Origin: Macrostomum lignano
Lineage: Eukaryota
DNA: 53,696 nucleotides
Reading direction: 5' to 3'
Assembly: GCA_002269645.1 (NCBI GenBank)
Contig: NIVC01001127.1
Coordinates: forward strand, 1-53,696
This document shows, in pieces, positions 33,985 through 45,919 of the stretch (the first letter of the stretch is position 1; each line of letters begins with the position of its first letter). Under the pieces are notes generated by a model, which saw nothing but the letters and a program-made list of their open reading frames with translations, was not told where the DNA came from and did not search any database. A program made the translations under genes and the position numbers.

Positions 33985-34145
33985 GAATAAATAGAAAGTA
34001 ACGCATTGGCATTGTCATCGATACACAATTGAAAAATGAGTAAATAATAAAGCAGCGCATTGGCATTTTCATAGATGCATAATTGAAAAATGAGTAAATA
34101 ATAAAGCAGCGCATTGGCATTTTCATAGATGCGTAATTGAAAATT
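33985..34145. repeat. About 59-bp tandem repeat inside the hAT 3' region
   Basis: aaaatgagtaaataataaagcagcgcattggcattttcatag repeated, with further copies near 34380-34460. Confidence 0.8.
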
Positions 34146-34478
34146 GTACCATGACCTTTGTGCCCGCTGGGCACTTATTCTTGCCTTTTAATGCCATAGA
34201 CTACATTTAAGCCCGCTTGCAGGAGTCAAACTTACTAATGCAAATTAGCGGGCTGTTAATGACATTAAACGCCCAATTGTCTATGCCAAACTTACTTTAA
34301 TGCAAATTAGGACACAAATGTCTATGGCACAATAATAGTAATACCCATGCCTTTAAAGCATGGGTATTAATGTACTAATGAGTAAATAATAAAGCAGCGC
34401 ATTGCATTTTCATAGATGAATAATTAAAAAATTAGTAAATAGAGTAGTGCATTGGCATTGTCATTTTGATCAGCAAAA

Positions 34479-36849
34479 TCACTCATCACCGCCATCGCCA
34501 ATCCACCAACCACACTGTTCGTCATCAGAACTATCCAAGTCCATGTCACTTTTGTCAAGCTGTTGCTCATCATCCATGGCGCCTGAAGTTTGTTTAGTTT
34601 CAGCTGCTGTTAAGACGGTGACTTCTGCAGCCGCGCCTGCAGAAGAATGGCCAGATGTTTTCGTGTGCCCTGCAACTGAAAACTTAGCGTAGCGGCCTCG
34701 CTTAAGCAGTGGTGAATTATCGACACTTTTCTGGTGGCGGGTCTCATGTGCCTTGTACGTTGACCAGATCATGAGAGCCTTCTTGTAATCGAAATTCTCA
34801 AGAGGCGTATCATTGAGCACAATGCGCATCTGCTCATCCAGCTTGTAAGTAGTCCATCGATTATGCAGCTTGGTTTTGATGTTGTTGTGCACACTGAAGC
34901 CGCGCTCAACTTCACCATTTGAAGAGTCAAAAGAGAGCAGCACCTCGCGAGCTTGCACAAATTGGGAAATAATTCTTGATCTGTGGCGATGTCGTACAAA
35001 GAGTCCGACCAGCTACTCTTCATTCGCATTTGCCTCTTCGCCATTAAGAACTCGTCAACCGCCTCATTCTCATCGATATCTAGCAAGCTGCTAAAATGAC
35101 TTAGAAGTAGCCTCAGCTGCTTATCACCATATGCGGGCAGATCCTTCGGCATCATGTCACGGTAGATTTGGGTTTGAAAATTCCAGTAGCGCGAATAACA
35201 TTGTTATTTGCATCAGATCTGTCTCGTAGACTCTGACAGATCTTTGAGACAAGCTGAACAACATCTTCCTGCACAACAGCGCTGACTGCACCAAAAGCAT
35301 TTAGTGCGTCGTCATCTTGAATGAGAATGCTCTGTTCCTCCAAGTCTCCCTTCGCAAACTCCGAGACAATCTATTGATAGTTTTTTCCTCCGATGACGCC
35401 ATCGCATAGGTATATCTCAGTAAGTGTGGCTATGCAGCTCTTAATCCATGAGAATGCATCCAGTGGATGAACATTCCGTACCTGCAACTGCTTGCAAAGA
35501 ACCTCGAGAGGCACGAGTACATCCATCAGATGATGCAGCATGAGCAAAAACTCAGTGGACGTCACTTGCTTAAAAAGACCAATGTCTGAATCTTCGTTGG
35601 TTGCTGCATACTTTAGGAACAACTGAATTGCTTTTAGATTTCGAACCAGCAAGCAAATAGCACTTACTCATGATAGCCAACAAATCTCGAAAATCCTAGA
35701 AATACTTGTGACAGTCTCACCGATGACTTCTCCAACCTTTTTCAGCTGTTTCGTGTGCTTTGCAGTATGGAGATAATGGATGAGGTCACAAATGCGGCTC
35801 TCAAACTCGACAAACTTAACTATGCTGTCAAATGCATCATTGATTGATAGTGCCTGGCGGTGTGCGAGACAATGGAATTCAACGATGTGAGGAACTATTC
35901 GCTTCAGCCAAGCTACGACGCCGTTACGTGCACCCAGCATGACACTGGCTCCATCCGATACGCACATGACACATTTAGAAATGTCAACGTTTTCCTGCTG
36001 AAAAGCGCTTACCACAGCACTTGATATTGAGTCAGCGTCTGTTGCCCCAAGCTTGATCAGCTTGAAAAATTTATGAAGAAGCTTGCGCTGCTCAATATCC
36101 GGGTATTGCACATAAATGAGCAACTTCTTGGTTGATGTAATGTCTGTGCTTTCATCAATATGGATGGTGAAACAAGCCGCGCTGCGCAGCTGCTCAAGAT
36201 CCTTTAGAAGCACAGTCTTTGCAAGTGCAAAAGCAAACTGTCGGGTCGACCAATTCGAAGCGTGATCAGCAGTTGGCAATGCCACATCTATGCCAGTACG
36301 AGCACAAATGAATTTGACTTCATTTGAAATCAGTTGATGCACCTGTTTAGTTCTATGCTGAGATATGCGGTTCTTTGCTGTAAAGTGTACAGCATGTAAT
36401 TTCAACAAAAGCGCAGTGCTTTGCTGGTCCGTCATCTGTACAATCTTCTTAGTAATCACCTCCTTTGGTTGCTGATACTGCGCCTCTTTAGCTCTTACAT
36501 GCGTATCGCTTTCTTCGTGTTGTTGCAGCTGCTTTCTTGTCCATCCTTCTTTCCAAGCTGTTAGAACACTATTCGTTGACTTCCAGTGGCCACATGCATG
36601 CTCAACACAATATTTGCAGGTAACAGTGTTACTAGCTGCATCGAATCTTGCCCATTTGAAATCTGCTAGCCACTTTGTTAAAAACTTTTGTCAAGTTTGC
36701 TGTTGACCTTGCATCTCTTCCATTAATTGTGCATTCCGCTGCTCTCCTGTCAACTGCGCAACTTGTAGTTTTCCGGCTGCAGCAGTTTCTGCCGCATCTG
36801 ACTCATCTTCGTGTATGCGCTTTTGTGGCCTTATAAGCCACGTATCCAT
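34479..36849 (-). pseudogene. hAT transposase pseudogene (ZNF862-like type)
   Basis: N-terminal CKYC..H zinc finger, FTIHIDESTDIT, FHCLAHRQAL, CWLS and C-terminal SSNGEVERGFS dimerisation motif. Split by stops and frameshifts. Confidence 0.9.
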
Positions 36850-38714
36850 AAGTAATACTGTTACTTACTAACTCACTTACTTAGTTACTTACTAGCTTAG
36901 TAATTTGGTAAAAGTAAATCGATAAAAATTGTAGTTGAAAGTTTAAGATTGAATTTAGAAGTTTGTCTCTGTGATTGCAATCTTATCAAGCATTCCCCTT
37001 TGTTACATTTATACGAGTAGGATCAAAAAAAAACTGTTCACATCTGTCCTCCATACATTTAATTCTCTCTACAATACCCAAAACGTACTAAGTACTAACC
37101 CATCCCCCTGCCCACTGACACACAAAGTATAAATCCTTGTTCTTGGTCTGTCTGTCTCTTTGTCTCTTTTGCTCTGCGGGCCGTGTGGGACATGCGCCCA
37201 CCCAAGGCCAAGCCAGTCCAAGGAGCTGAGAGTTGGGTTGAGCAAGACTGAAAAATCTAATTCCAAGTTTCCAATTCCAACCCTCTCTCACTTTTAGCCT
37301 GACAGTCTGACTCACCACACGAGTGGATATACCTTAGTACAAAGACCCATACCAGCCCAGTCAGAATTTTAATTGAACAGCTAATTTTAGAAAAAAAGCT
37401 TAACTTGTTTGAATTGAATTGAAGTTGAAAAAATAGTACCCTATTCTAGGGTATTAATGGGCAAAATATTACCCCAAATCAGTTTACTAATATCCCATGG
37501 GGTACTAATTGGGGTAAAAAAAAACCTGCTAAGAAACGGACACAAACAAACTCAAAGACTGCTCAAACAATAATTAGTGAAATAACATGGGATAAAAAAT
37601 GTCTTGAAAACTTAAATAATCCCTACTGTAAACATATGAAAAAATCAAAGCCAAAATAACTCATATTCAAGCAAGCAACAAGTCTTAGTTAGTGTTAAAT
37701 TGAAAAGAAGATAGAAAAGTTTATTTTTAAGCATACATTTTAAACTTTCTAGTTTTTTAACTTATAATAAGTAATAAGACATTTAAATAAATTTCTGTGC
37801 ATATCAATCTCTGCTATAAATAGTATAAGCAAGAAAGATAAATAATCAACCAAATTATTAGCCAAAAGGGTCTTTATGCAACACAAAAGGTAATGTACTT
37901 ACTATTGCAATACAAAAAGGTCATTTATTCCTAGATTTAAGAATATAAGTATGTAGTCAAATTTTTTTGGTATGCATTTGTAGATGCAACTATTCAATTT
38001 TTGTTTAAGGCATGCACCTAGCATGATCTAGACTATGGCTTTGACTTAACTAAAAAAAGTTGCTAAAATCTATCAAAAATTCTGTATCAAAATAGCCATT
38101 TTTAAGAATATGGCTATAAGCCATATTGCAAATCCCATTATATATGCTAGAAAGTATTTGGCTATCTAGTAAGGCAATGCTTATCCCCATAGTACTGTAG
38201 CTTTTAACAATATTTATATACTTGAACTAGGAGACTCTTGACTTATGGCATTTGACTTTTTACTCTTAGCTTTATAGAATTTGGCCCTAGGCCTATTTAG
38301 GGGAATTGGGAGAATAGGCAATAATGCATTTTGCTAATTGTAATAATGTTACTTAAAAGTGCATTAGGGTACATACATATAGCCTTCTATTTCTAATTAA
38401 TATGTTAAAATGTAAAAAAATATAAAATGCCAAATTGGAATGTTTAAAAGTTTATTTAGAAAGCTTGTATATTAAAACAATATTATGTGATCATTTAAAA
38501 GTAAAAAAGATAAGACATTATTCTTAAAATGATATAATTCTTAATATTTCAAGACTTCTATCAATTGTTAATTTTGATTAATTTGTAAATATGGAGTCAA
38601 CAGACTTCTGCAGATTCTATGGGCCAGAGAGGCTCAGTAGTATAAAGGGTAGGGTATACCTATACACCTATATACCTATACAGAGACAGGTATAGGGTAT
38701 AGGGGCATGGTACT

Positions 38715-39140
38715 AGTGTCAGCTTGTCTCTGTCAGCCTCTCTGTCTCTGTCAGCTTCCATCTCTGTCATCCTCTCTGTCTCTGTCAGCTTCCATCTCTG
38801 TCATCCTCTCTGTCTCTGTCAGCTTCCATCTCTGTCATCCTCTCTGTCTCTGTCAGCTTCCATCTCTGTCATCCTCTCTGTCTCTGTCAGCTTCCATCTC
38901 TGTCATCCTCTCTGTCTCTGTCAGCTTCCATCTCTGTCATCCTCTCTGTCTCTGTCAGCTTCCATCTCTGTCATCCTCTCTGTCTCTGTCAGCTTCCATC
39001 TCTGTCATCCTCTCTGTCTCTGTCAGCTTCCATCTCTGTCATCCTCTCTGTCTCTGTCAGCTTCCATCTCTGTCATCCTCTCTGTCTCTGTCAGCTTCCA
39101 TCTCTGTCATCCTCTCTGTCTCTGTCAGCTTCCATCTCTC
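38715..39140. repeat. 34-bp minisatellite (tctgtcagcttccatctctgtcatcctctctgtc) upstream of pelota
   Basis: About 11 perfect units. Confidence 0.97.
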
Positions 39141-39408
39141 ATCCTGATGCCAGCTGGCATCAGTCATAAACTTGAAACTTAAATAGAATACCATACCCCT
39201 ATACCCTATTCTCCAGCCTCAGGATGCTGAGATTCTGACACTGAAGAAATATTTTTTATCAATATTCTAATTTCCATATTCATTTATTTGCATGCATTTT
39301 ATCAGGTGACATTGGCTCTTTAAGTAACATACTTTCAAAATGCAATCTTAAGAAAGAGTATTCAATACAAAGAATTTATATTTAACTCCTGTGAGACAGT
39401 ACAGCGCA

Positions 39409-42400
39409 ATGCGGTTAATTCACAAAGACATTAACAAAGACCGCTCGGGCCAGGTGACCCTGCTGCCCGAGAACCCTGAGGACATGTGGCACGCCTACAA
39501 TCTAGTCCGAGTTGGTGACCGCCTGCGCAGTACTACTCTGCGCAAAGTGACCACAGAGAATGCGGCTGGCACCGTTAGTTCGCAGAAGCAGCGCACCACC
39601 CTCACTGTGCTAGTTGAATCTGTCTACTTCGATGTGCAAGGCTGCTCATTGCAGGTTTGTCTGTCTGGATATCGGATGGTGCCATTCGTCTATGCAATCT
39701 ATTAGACTGTCACTGTTCAGTCGCCTCTGTCCTTTCTATTTCTCTATTACTTACCCTCTCTCCTTACTGTATCTCCCAGCCTCGGTCTCTGTCAACTTCC
39801 GTCTCTGTCAGCTTCCGTCTCTGTCAGCCTCTCCGTCTCTGTCAGCTTCCGTCTCTGTCAGCCTCTCCGTCTCTGTCAGCCTCTCCGTCTCTGTCAGTCT
39901 CTCCGTCTCTGTCAGTCTCTCCGTCTCTGTCAGCCTCTCCGTCTCTGTCAGCCTCTCCGTCTCTGTCAGTCTCTCCGTCTCTGTCAGCCTCTCCGTCTCT
40001 GTCAGCCTCCGTCTCTGTCAGTCTCTCCGTCTCTTTCAGCCTCTCCGTCTCTGTCAGCCTCTCCGTCTCTGTCAGCCTCTCCGTCTCCCTTGTGCCCGCA
40101 GGTAAAAGGCCGCAACGCAGAGGAGAATGCGTACGTGAAAATGGGCGCCTATCACACCATTGATTTGGAATTGCAACGCAAATTCACCATAGTGAAAGAC
40201 GAATGGGACAGCGTCTCGCTTGACAGAGTTGACGAAGCCACTGACATTGCTAGACACGCGGACTTGTCAGCTATTGTGATGCAAGAGGGCCTCGGGCATA
40301 TCTGCTTGATAACATCCTCAATGACCCTAGTGCGTTGTCGCGTAGAAGTTAACGTGCCAAAAAAGCGCAAAGGTTTTCAGTCGTCGCAGTTAGACAAGGC
40401 TATGCAGAGATTCTACGAACAGCTCTACCAGGGCCTGAATAAGCATATCAATTTCGGTATTGTTAAATGCGTGATCTTGGCTAGTCCCGGGTTTACTAAA
40501 GACGATTTCTATGAATACTGCTTTCGCCAGGCTATTAAGGAGGACAATAAAGTGCTGATTGAGAATAAGCCCAAATTTGTGCTGGTGCACTCCTCTAGCG
40601 GGCATAGGCAGGCCTTGAAGGGTGAGTAAGCTTTTGGATTGGCTATCTGTTGGATTGCTTTGATATCCTTGTGCCTGTTATTCAGCTTGTCAATGTCTGT
40701 CTGTCTGCTGTTTTGTCTCTCATTCTTGCTGTCTGTATGTCTGTCTGTGTGCCTGTCAATGTCTGTCCGTCTGTTGTTTTGTCTCTCATTATTCGTGCCT
40801 GTTTGTGTGTCTGTCTGTGTTCCTGTCTATGCCTGTCTGTCAGTCTGTCTGGGTGCCTGTATATGCCTGTCTGTCAGTCTGTCTGGGTGCCTGTATATGC
40901 CTGTCTGTCAGTCTGTCTGGGTGCCTGTATATGCCTGTCTGTCAGTCTGTGGCTGTGGCTGTCTTTGTGTCTATCTGTGTCTGTCTGTCTAGGTCTGTGT
41001 CTATGTCTGTCTGCCTGTCTATGTCTGCCTGTCTATGTCTATCTTTGTTAGTCTGTTAGTATCATATATATATATGTGTGTAGTGTCTTTTGATGTCCGT
41101 TAATTTGTTTGTATCTTGTCTAATTTAATAGCTTAGATTAAAAGTTAATTTGCCAAAACTCGCACTCAAAACTGGCAGAGGTCCTGGAAGACCCTAACAT
41201 TGCCAACAAGCTGGCCGACACCCGAGCCGCGCTGGAAGTGAAAGCGCTGGCGGATTTTTATTCTATGCTGAAATCCGACCCGTCAAGAGCATTCTACGGC
41301 GTCAAGCATGTTGAGATGGCCAACGAGAATCACGTGAGTTTTCACTTTTATACGTTTAGCAGGTTCTACGTCTCTATTATTGAGGGTTTGTGCCTCTCTA
41401 TTCAGGAGTCTACTTCTCTCTATTCAGGAGTCTACTTCTCTCTATTGAGGAGTCTACTTCTCTCTATTCAGAAGTCTACTCCTCTCTATTCAGGAGTCTA
41501 CTTCTCTCTATTTAGGAGTCTACTTCTCTCTATTCAGGAGTCTACTTCTCTCTATTCAGGAGTCTACTTCTCTCTATTCAGGAGTCTACTTCTCTCTATT
41601 TAGGAGTCTACTTCTCTCTATTCAGGAGTCTACTTCTCTCTATTCAGGAGTCTACTTCTCTCTATTCAGGAGTCTACTTCTCTCTATTCAGGAGTCTACT
41701 TCTCTCTATTTAGGAGTCTACTTCTCTCTATTCAGGAGTCTACTTCTCTCTATTTAGGAGTCTACTTCTCTCTATTCAGGAGTCTACTTCTCTCTATTCA
41801 GGAGTCTACTTCTCTCTATTCAGGAGTCTACTTCTCTCTATTCAGGAGTCTACTTCTCTCTATTTAGGAGTCTACTTCTCTCTATTTAGGAGTCTACTTC
41901 TCTCTATTCAGGAGTCTACTTCTCTCTATTCAGAAGTCTACTCCTCTCTATTCAGGAGTCTACTTCTCTCTATTCAGGAGTCTACTTCTCTCTATTCAGG
42001 AGTCTACTCCTCTCTATTCAGGAGTCTACTTCTCTCTATTTAGGAGTCTACTTCTCTCTATTTAGGAGTCTACTTCTCTCTATTCAGGAGTCTACTTCTC
42101 TCTATTCAGGAGTCTACTTCTCTCTATTCAGGAGTCTACTTCTCTCTATTTAGGAGTCTACTTCTCTCTATTTAGTAGTCTACTTCTCTCTATTCAGGAG
42201 TCTACTTCTCTCTATTCAGGAGTCTACTTCTCTCTATTCAGGAGTCTACTTCTCTCTATTCAGGAGTCTACTTCTCTCTATTTAGTAGTCTACTTCTCTC
42301 TATTCAGGAGTCTACTTCTCTCTATTCAGGAGTCTACTTCTCTCTATTCAGGAGTCTACTTCTCTCTATTCAGGAGTCTACTTCTCTCTATTTAGGAGTC

Positions 42401-43075
42401 TACTTCTCTCTATTCAGGAGTCTACTTCTCTCTATTTAGGAGTCTACTTCTCTCTATTCAGGAGTCTACTCTCTATTTAGGAGTCTAATTCTCTCTATTT
42501 AGGAGTCTACTTCTCTCTATTAAGGAGTCTATTTCTCTCTATTCAGAATTCTACTCCAAGTGTTTACTTCATCATAATTAGTTTATGATAATGATGAAGT
42601 TACAATCAAAAGGTTATAATCAATCATAACTTAGCGTTTCTGTGCCTACTTGTCAATTCATCCACATTTCTCCCCGAATGGCCAGGCCATCGAAGTGCTG
42701 CTTATATCCGACAGTTTATTTCGATCGAATAAAATCGAAGAACGGCGCCGATTTGTTAAACTGGTCGATTCGGTTCGCGAGAACGCCGGCCAGGTTCGAA
42801 TTTTCTCCAGCCTGCATCCTAGCGGAGAGCGTGAGTTTGATTTGCAAGATCGTTTCCGTTTTATGAGACATGCCAAATGCTAATTAGATGACGAGGCATA
42901 TAGGTTACTCCCGCCGTTTACCCTCAAATTTGCAGAGCTCAATCAACTAACCGGGGTAGCGGCCATACTGCGATTCCCAATGCACGAACCTGACGATAGC
43001 GATATTGACGATGACTACGGGCCCACGGATGGCGACGGTAATGGCCTTGATTACCCCACCAATGCGGCTTCCTAA
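39409..43075 (+). CDS. pelo: Protein pelota homolog (Dom34/eRF1-like ribosome rescue factor), 5 exons, 401 aa
   Basis: Exons 39409-39654, 40102-40621, 41179-41333, 42686-42830 and 42936-43075 (1206 nt, in frame). Motifs [33 protein letters not shown] and [18 protein letters not shown]. Confidence 0.97.
39770..40087. repeat. 18-bp minisatellite (ctctgtcagcctctccgt), pelota intron 1
   Basis: About 17 units ending just before the acceptor. Confidence 0.95.
40690..41060. repeat. TGTC-rich low-complexity repeat, pelota intron 2
   Basis: Includes repeated gtctgtcagtctgtctgggtgcctgtatatgcct. Confidence 0.85.
41385..42550. repeat. 22-bp minisatellite (ttcaggagtctacttctctcta), pelota intron 3
   Basis: About 50 units. 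Confidence 0.98.
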
Positions 43076-43117
43076 TGTAGCTGAACTACATTTTTATTTA
43101 TTTATATATTCTGCACT

Positions 43118-43123
43118 AATAAA
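43118..43123 (+). promoter_or_regulatory. Probable polyadenylation signal of pelota
   Basis: AATAAA 43 nt after the stop codon. Confidence 0.6.
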
Positions 43124-43319
43124 TCTGCTTTGATCTTCAAAGGTGCGACTCTATTTCTCTGAAAAATGCTTAATAATTTTATGTCAAGTTTTAAACCTTT
43201 ACTTAAGTTTTCTGGAGTGCGGCCTGTTTGATTCTATTTTAATGGCTTAGTGATCGAAAATTACTGTGGTATTCTAATGCCTATACTTATTTGTTCTTCT
43301 CTCCCTTAAGCCGCTCTAG

Positions 43320-44022
43320 TCCGCTCTCTAGAACCCTAATCCGCTCTCTACAACCTTCCTAATCCGCTCTCTACAACCTTCCTAATCCGCTCTCTACAAT
43401 CATCTCCCTGAAATCCCACTAATCCGCTCCCTACAATCGCCCTTAATCCGCAATCCGCTCCCTAAAATCCCCCTTAATCCGCAATCCGCTCCCTACAATC
43501 CCCCCTAATCCGCTCCCTACAATCCCCCCTAATCCGCTCCCTACAATCCCCTAATTCGCTTTCTACAATTTCCACAATCCGCTCCCTACAATCGCCCTTA
43601 ATCCGCAATCCGCTCCCTAAAATCCCCCTTAATCCGCAATCCGCTCCCTACAATCCCCCCTAATCCGCTCCCTACAACCCCCCTAATCCGCTCCCTACAA
43701 TCCCCCTTAATCCGCTCCCTACAACCCCCCTAATCCGCTCCCTAAAATCCCCCTTAATCCGCAATCCGCTCCCTACAACCCCCCTAATTCGCTCCCTAAA
43801 ATCCCCCTTAATCCGCAATCCGCTCCCTACAATCCCCCTTAATCCGCAATCCGCTCCCTAAAATCCCCCTTAATCCGCAATCCGCTCCCTACAACCCCCC
43901 TAATCTGCTCCCTACAATCCCCCCTAATCCGCTCCCCACAATCCCCCCTAATCCGCTCCCTACAACCCCCTTAATCCGCGATCCGCTCCCTACAATCCCC
44001 CTTAATCCGCTCCCTACAATTG
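43320..44022. repeat. C-rich ~22-30-bp minisatellite (aatccgctccctacaatccccct)
   Basis: Directly visible; some units carry an aatccgc duplication. Confidence 0.95.
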
Positions 44023-45094
44023 TCCTAATCCACTCGAGAAAATGATGCAACCACCCAGCAAGGGGTTAAAACTGTGTCTCTATCTTGTCTCCCGTAATGC
44101 AGTGCTACATTGGCTGGAGTAATTCTTTGACTCTTCTGTGTGTGCGATGTTTCTATACATATAGTTTTCGATTCATTGTCGGGTATCACTACCATGTTGA
44201 TTGTTGACATGCAGTTTGGGTTGGAAGAGGTTTCAATTCTTCGCTTAATCGGTTAAATTTATCATAAATCATTTTTTCTGGTTATTGATCATTTGGTTGG
44301 TTATTAGCAGCTGCTGCCTACTTTTTTATGTTGAAGCACTTCTCCGTTAATTACAATGCGCTATTTACCTCTATTAGTAGCGTACTAGTGTCAGATTCTA
44401 AATGAATGAAACAAGATTTAAATTGTTACGAAATTCTGAAATATCGCCATAAGGAATATAAAATTTTCTTTTGCATCGCTATTTAGACAGTCTATATAAT
44501 GACTCATCCAACAGTTTACAGATTAGACCATGAAACAGTTTAAAATATCAATTAAAACTTGTTTCTTTCATAACTTCTACTCGCATTATTCTCCAAACTT
44601 ATATTGTAAATGCTGCTTGCTTGCGTGAGAAAAAGACCAACACTTTTAACTGCTTTTCCTTTTCAATTTTTCGGCTATAATTTGACGATCTTTCAATGAG
44701 TTTGTCATCAATTTCTTAAAACTGCAGGCAATTTTTGCTTATTTTCCGCACTACAAAATACTCGTAGCTACTTGCAGTAGTTTGTTGTCGCCTATGTGAA
44801 ACTATTTTTGGGCCCTATTAGTTAGCTTGGCAACCTGTTCATAAGACACCGATTGTAGCTGTGTGATGTCATGTTTGACCAGGTAATTCAAGGATTTAAA
44901 AAGTTATAAATAAAATTGATCGACAGGTGGTCAGAATTGACTTAAAAAACTGACTGCTTTTTTAAATGAGTTTTATTCAGAGAGCTGGATTCATTTTTAT
45001 ATTTTCAACTGGCTTTATGCGTTGTTTGCTTTTATTCGCATGCTTAACGAGTCATCTGTTGTCTGTTTACTGCCTTAATTTTTCACTAATGTCC

Positions 45095-45919
45095 ACCGAG
45101 ATATTCACTATACATGTATTATCCATCAAGATATCCACAATATCATCAATCAACATATCCACAATATTACCCATTGAGATAACCACAATATTATCCATTG
45201 AGATAGCCACAATATTACCCATTGAGATATCCACAATATTATCCATCGAGGTAACCACAATATTATCTATTGAGATATCCACAATATTGCCCATTGAGAT
45301 ATCCACAATATTATCCATCAAGATATCCACAATATCATCAATCAACATATCCACAATATTATCCATTGAGATATCCACTATATTATGCATCAAGATATCC
45401 ACTATATTTTGCATCAAGATATCCACAATATGATTCATCAAGATATCCACAATATCATCAATCAACATATCCACAATATTATCCATTGAGATATCCACTA
45501 TATTATGCATCAAGATATCCACTATATTTTGCATCAAGATATCCACAATATGATTCATCAAGATATCCACAATATCATCAATCAACATATCCACAATATT
45601 ATCCATTGAGATATCCACTATATTATGCATCAAGATATCCACTATATTTTGCATCAAGATATATCCACAATATGATTCATCAAGATATCCACAATATTAC
45701 CCATTGAGATATCCACAATATCATCAATCAAGATATCCACAATATCATCAATCAACATATCCACAATATTATCCATTGAGATATCCACTATATTTTGCAT
45801 CAAGATATCCACAATATGATTCATCAAGATATCCACAATATTACCCATTGAGATATCCACAATATAATCAATCAAGATATCCACAATATTATCCATTGAG
45901 ATATCCACAATATTATCCA
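45095..45919. repeat. 24-bp satellite (gagatatccacaatattatccatt), left part, with 120-bp higher-order repeat
   Basis: Identical 60-nt lines recur at 45361, 45481 and 45601. Confidence 0.97.

Larger units (their letters stand above)
33656..37528 (-). mobile_element. Decayed hAT transposon (3873 bp)
   Basis: 8-bp direct repeat ctaagaaa at 33648-33655 and 37529-37536, right end rc CAGGTTTTT, a degenerate left end, subterminal tagtacccc motifs at both ends, and internal transposase remnants. Confidence 0.85.
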
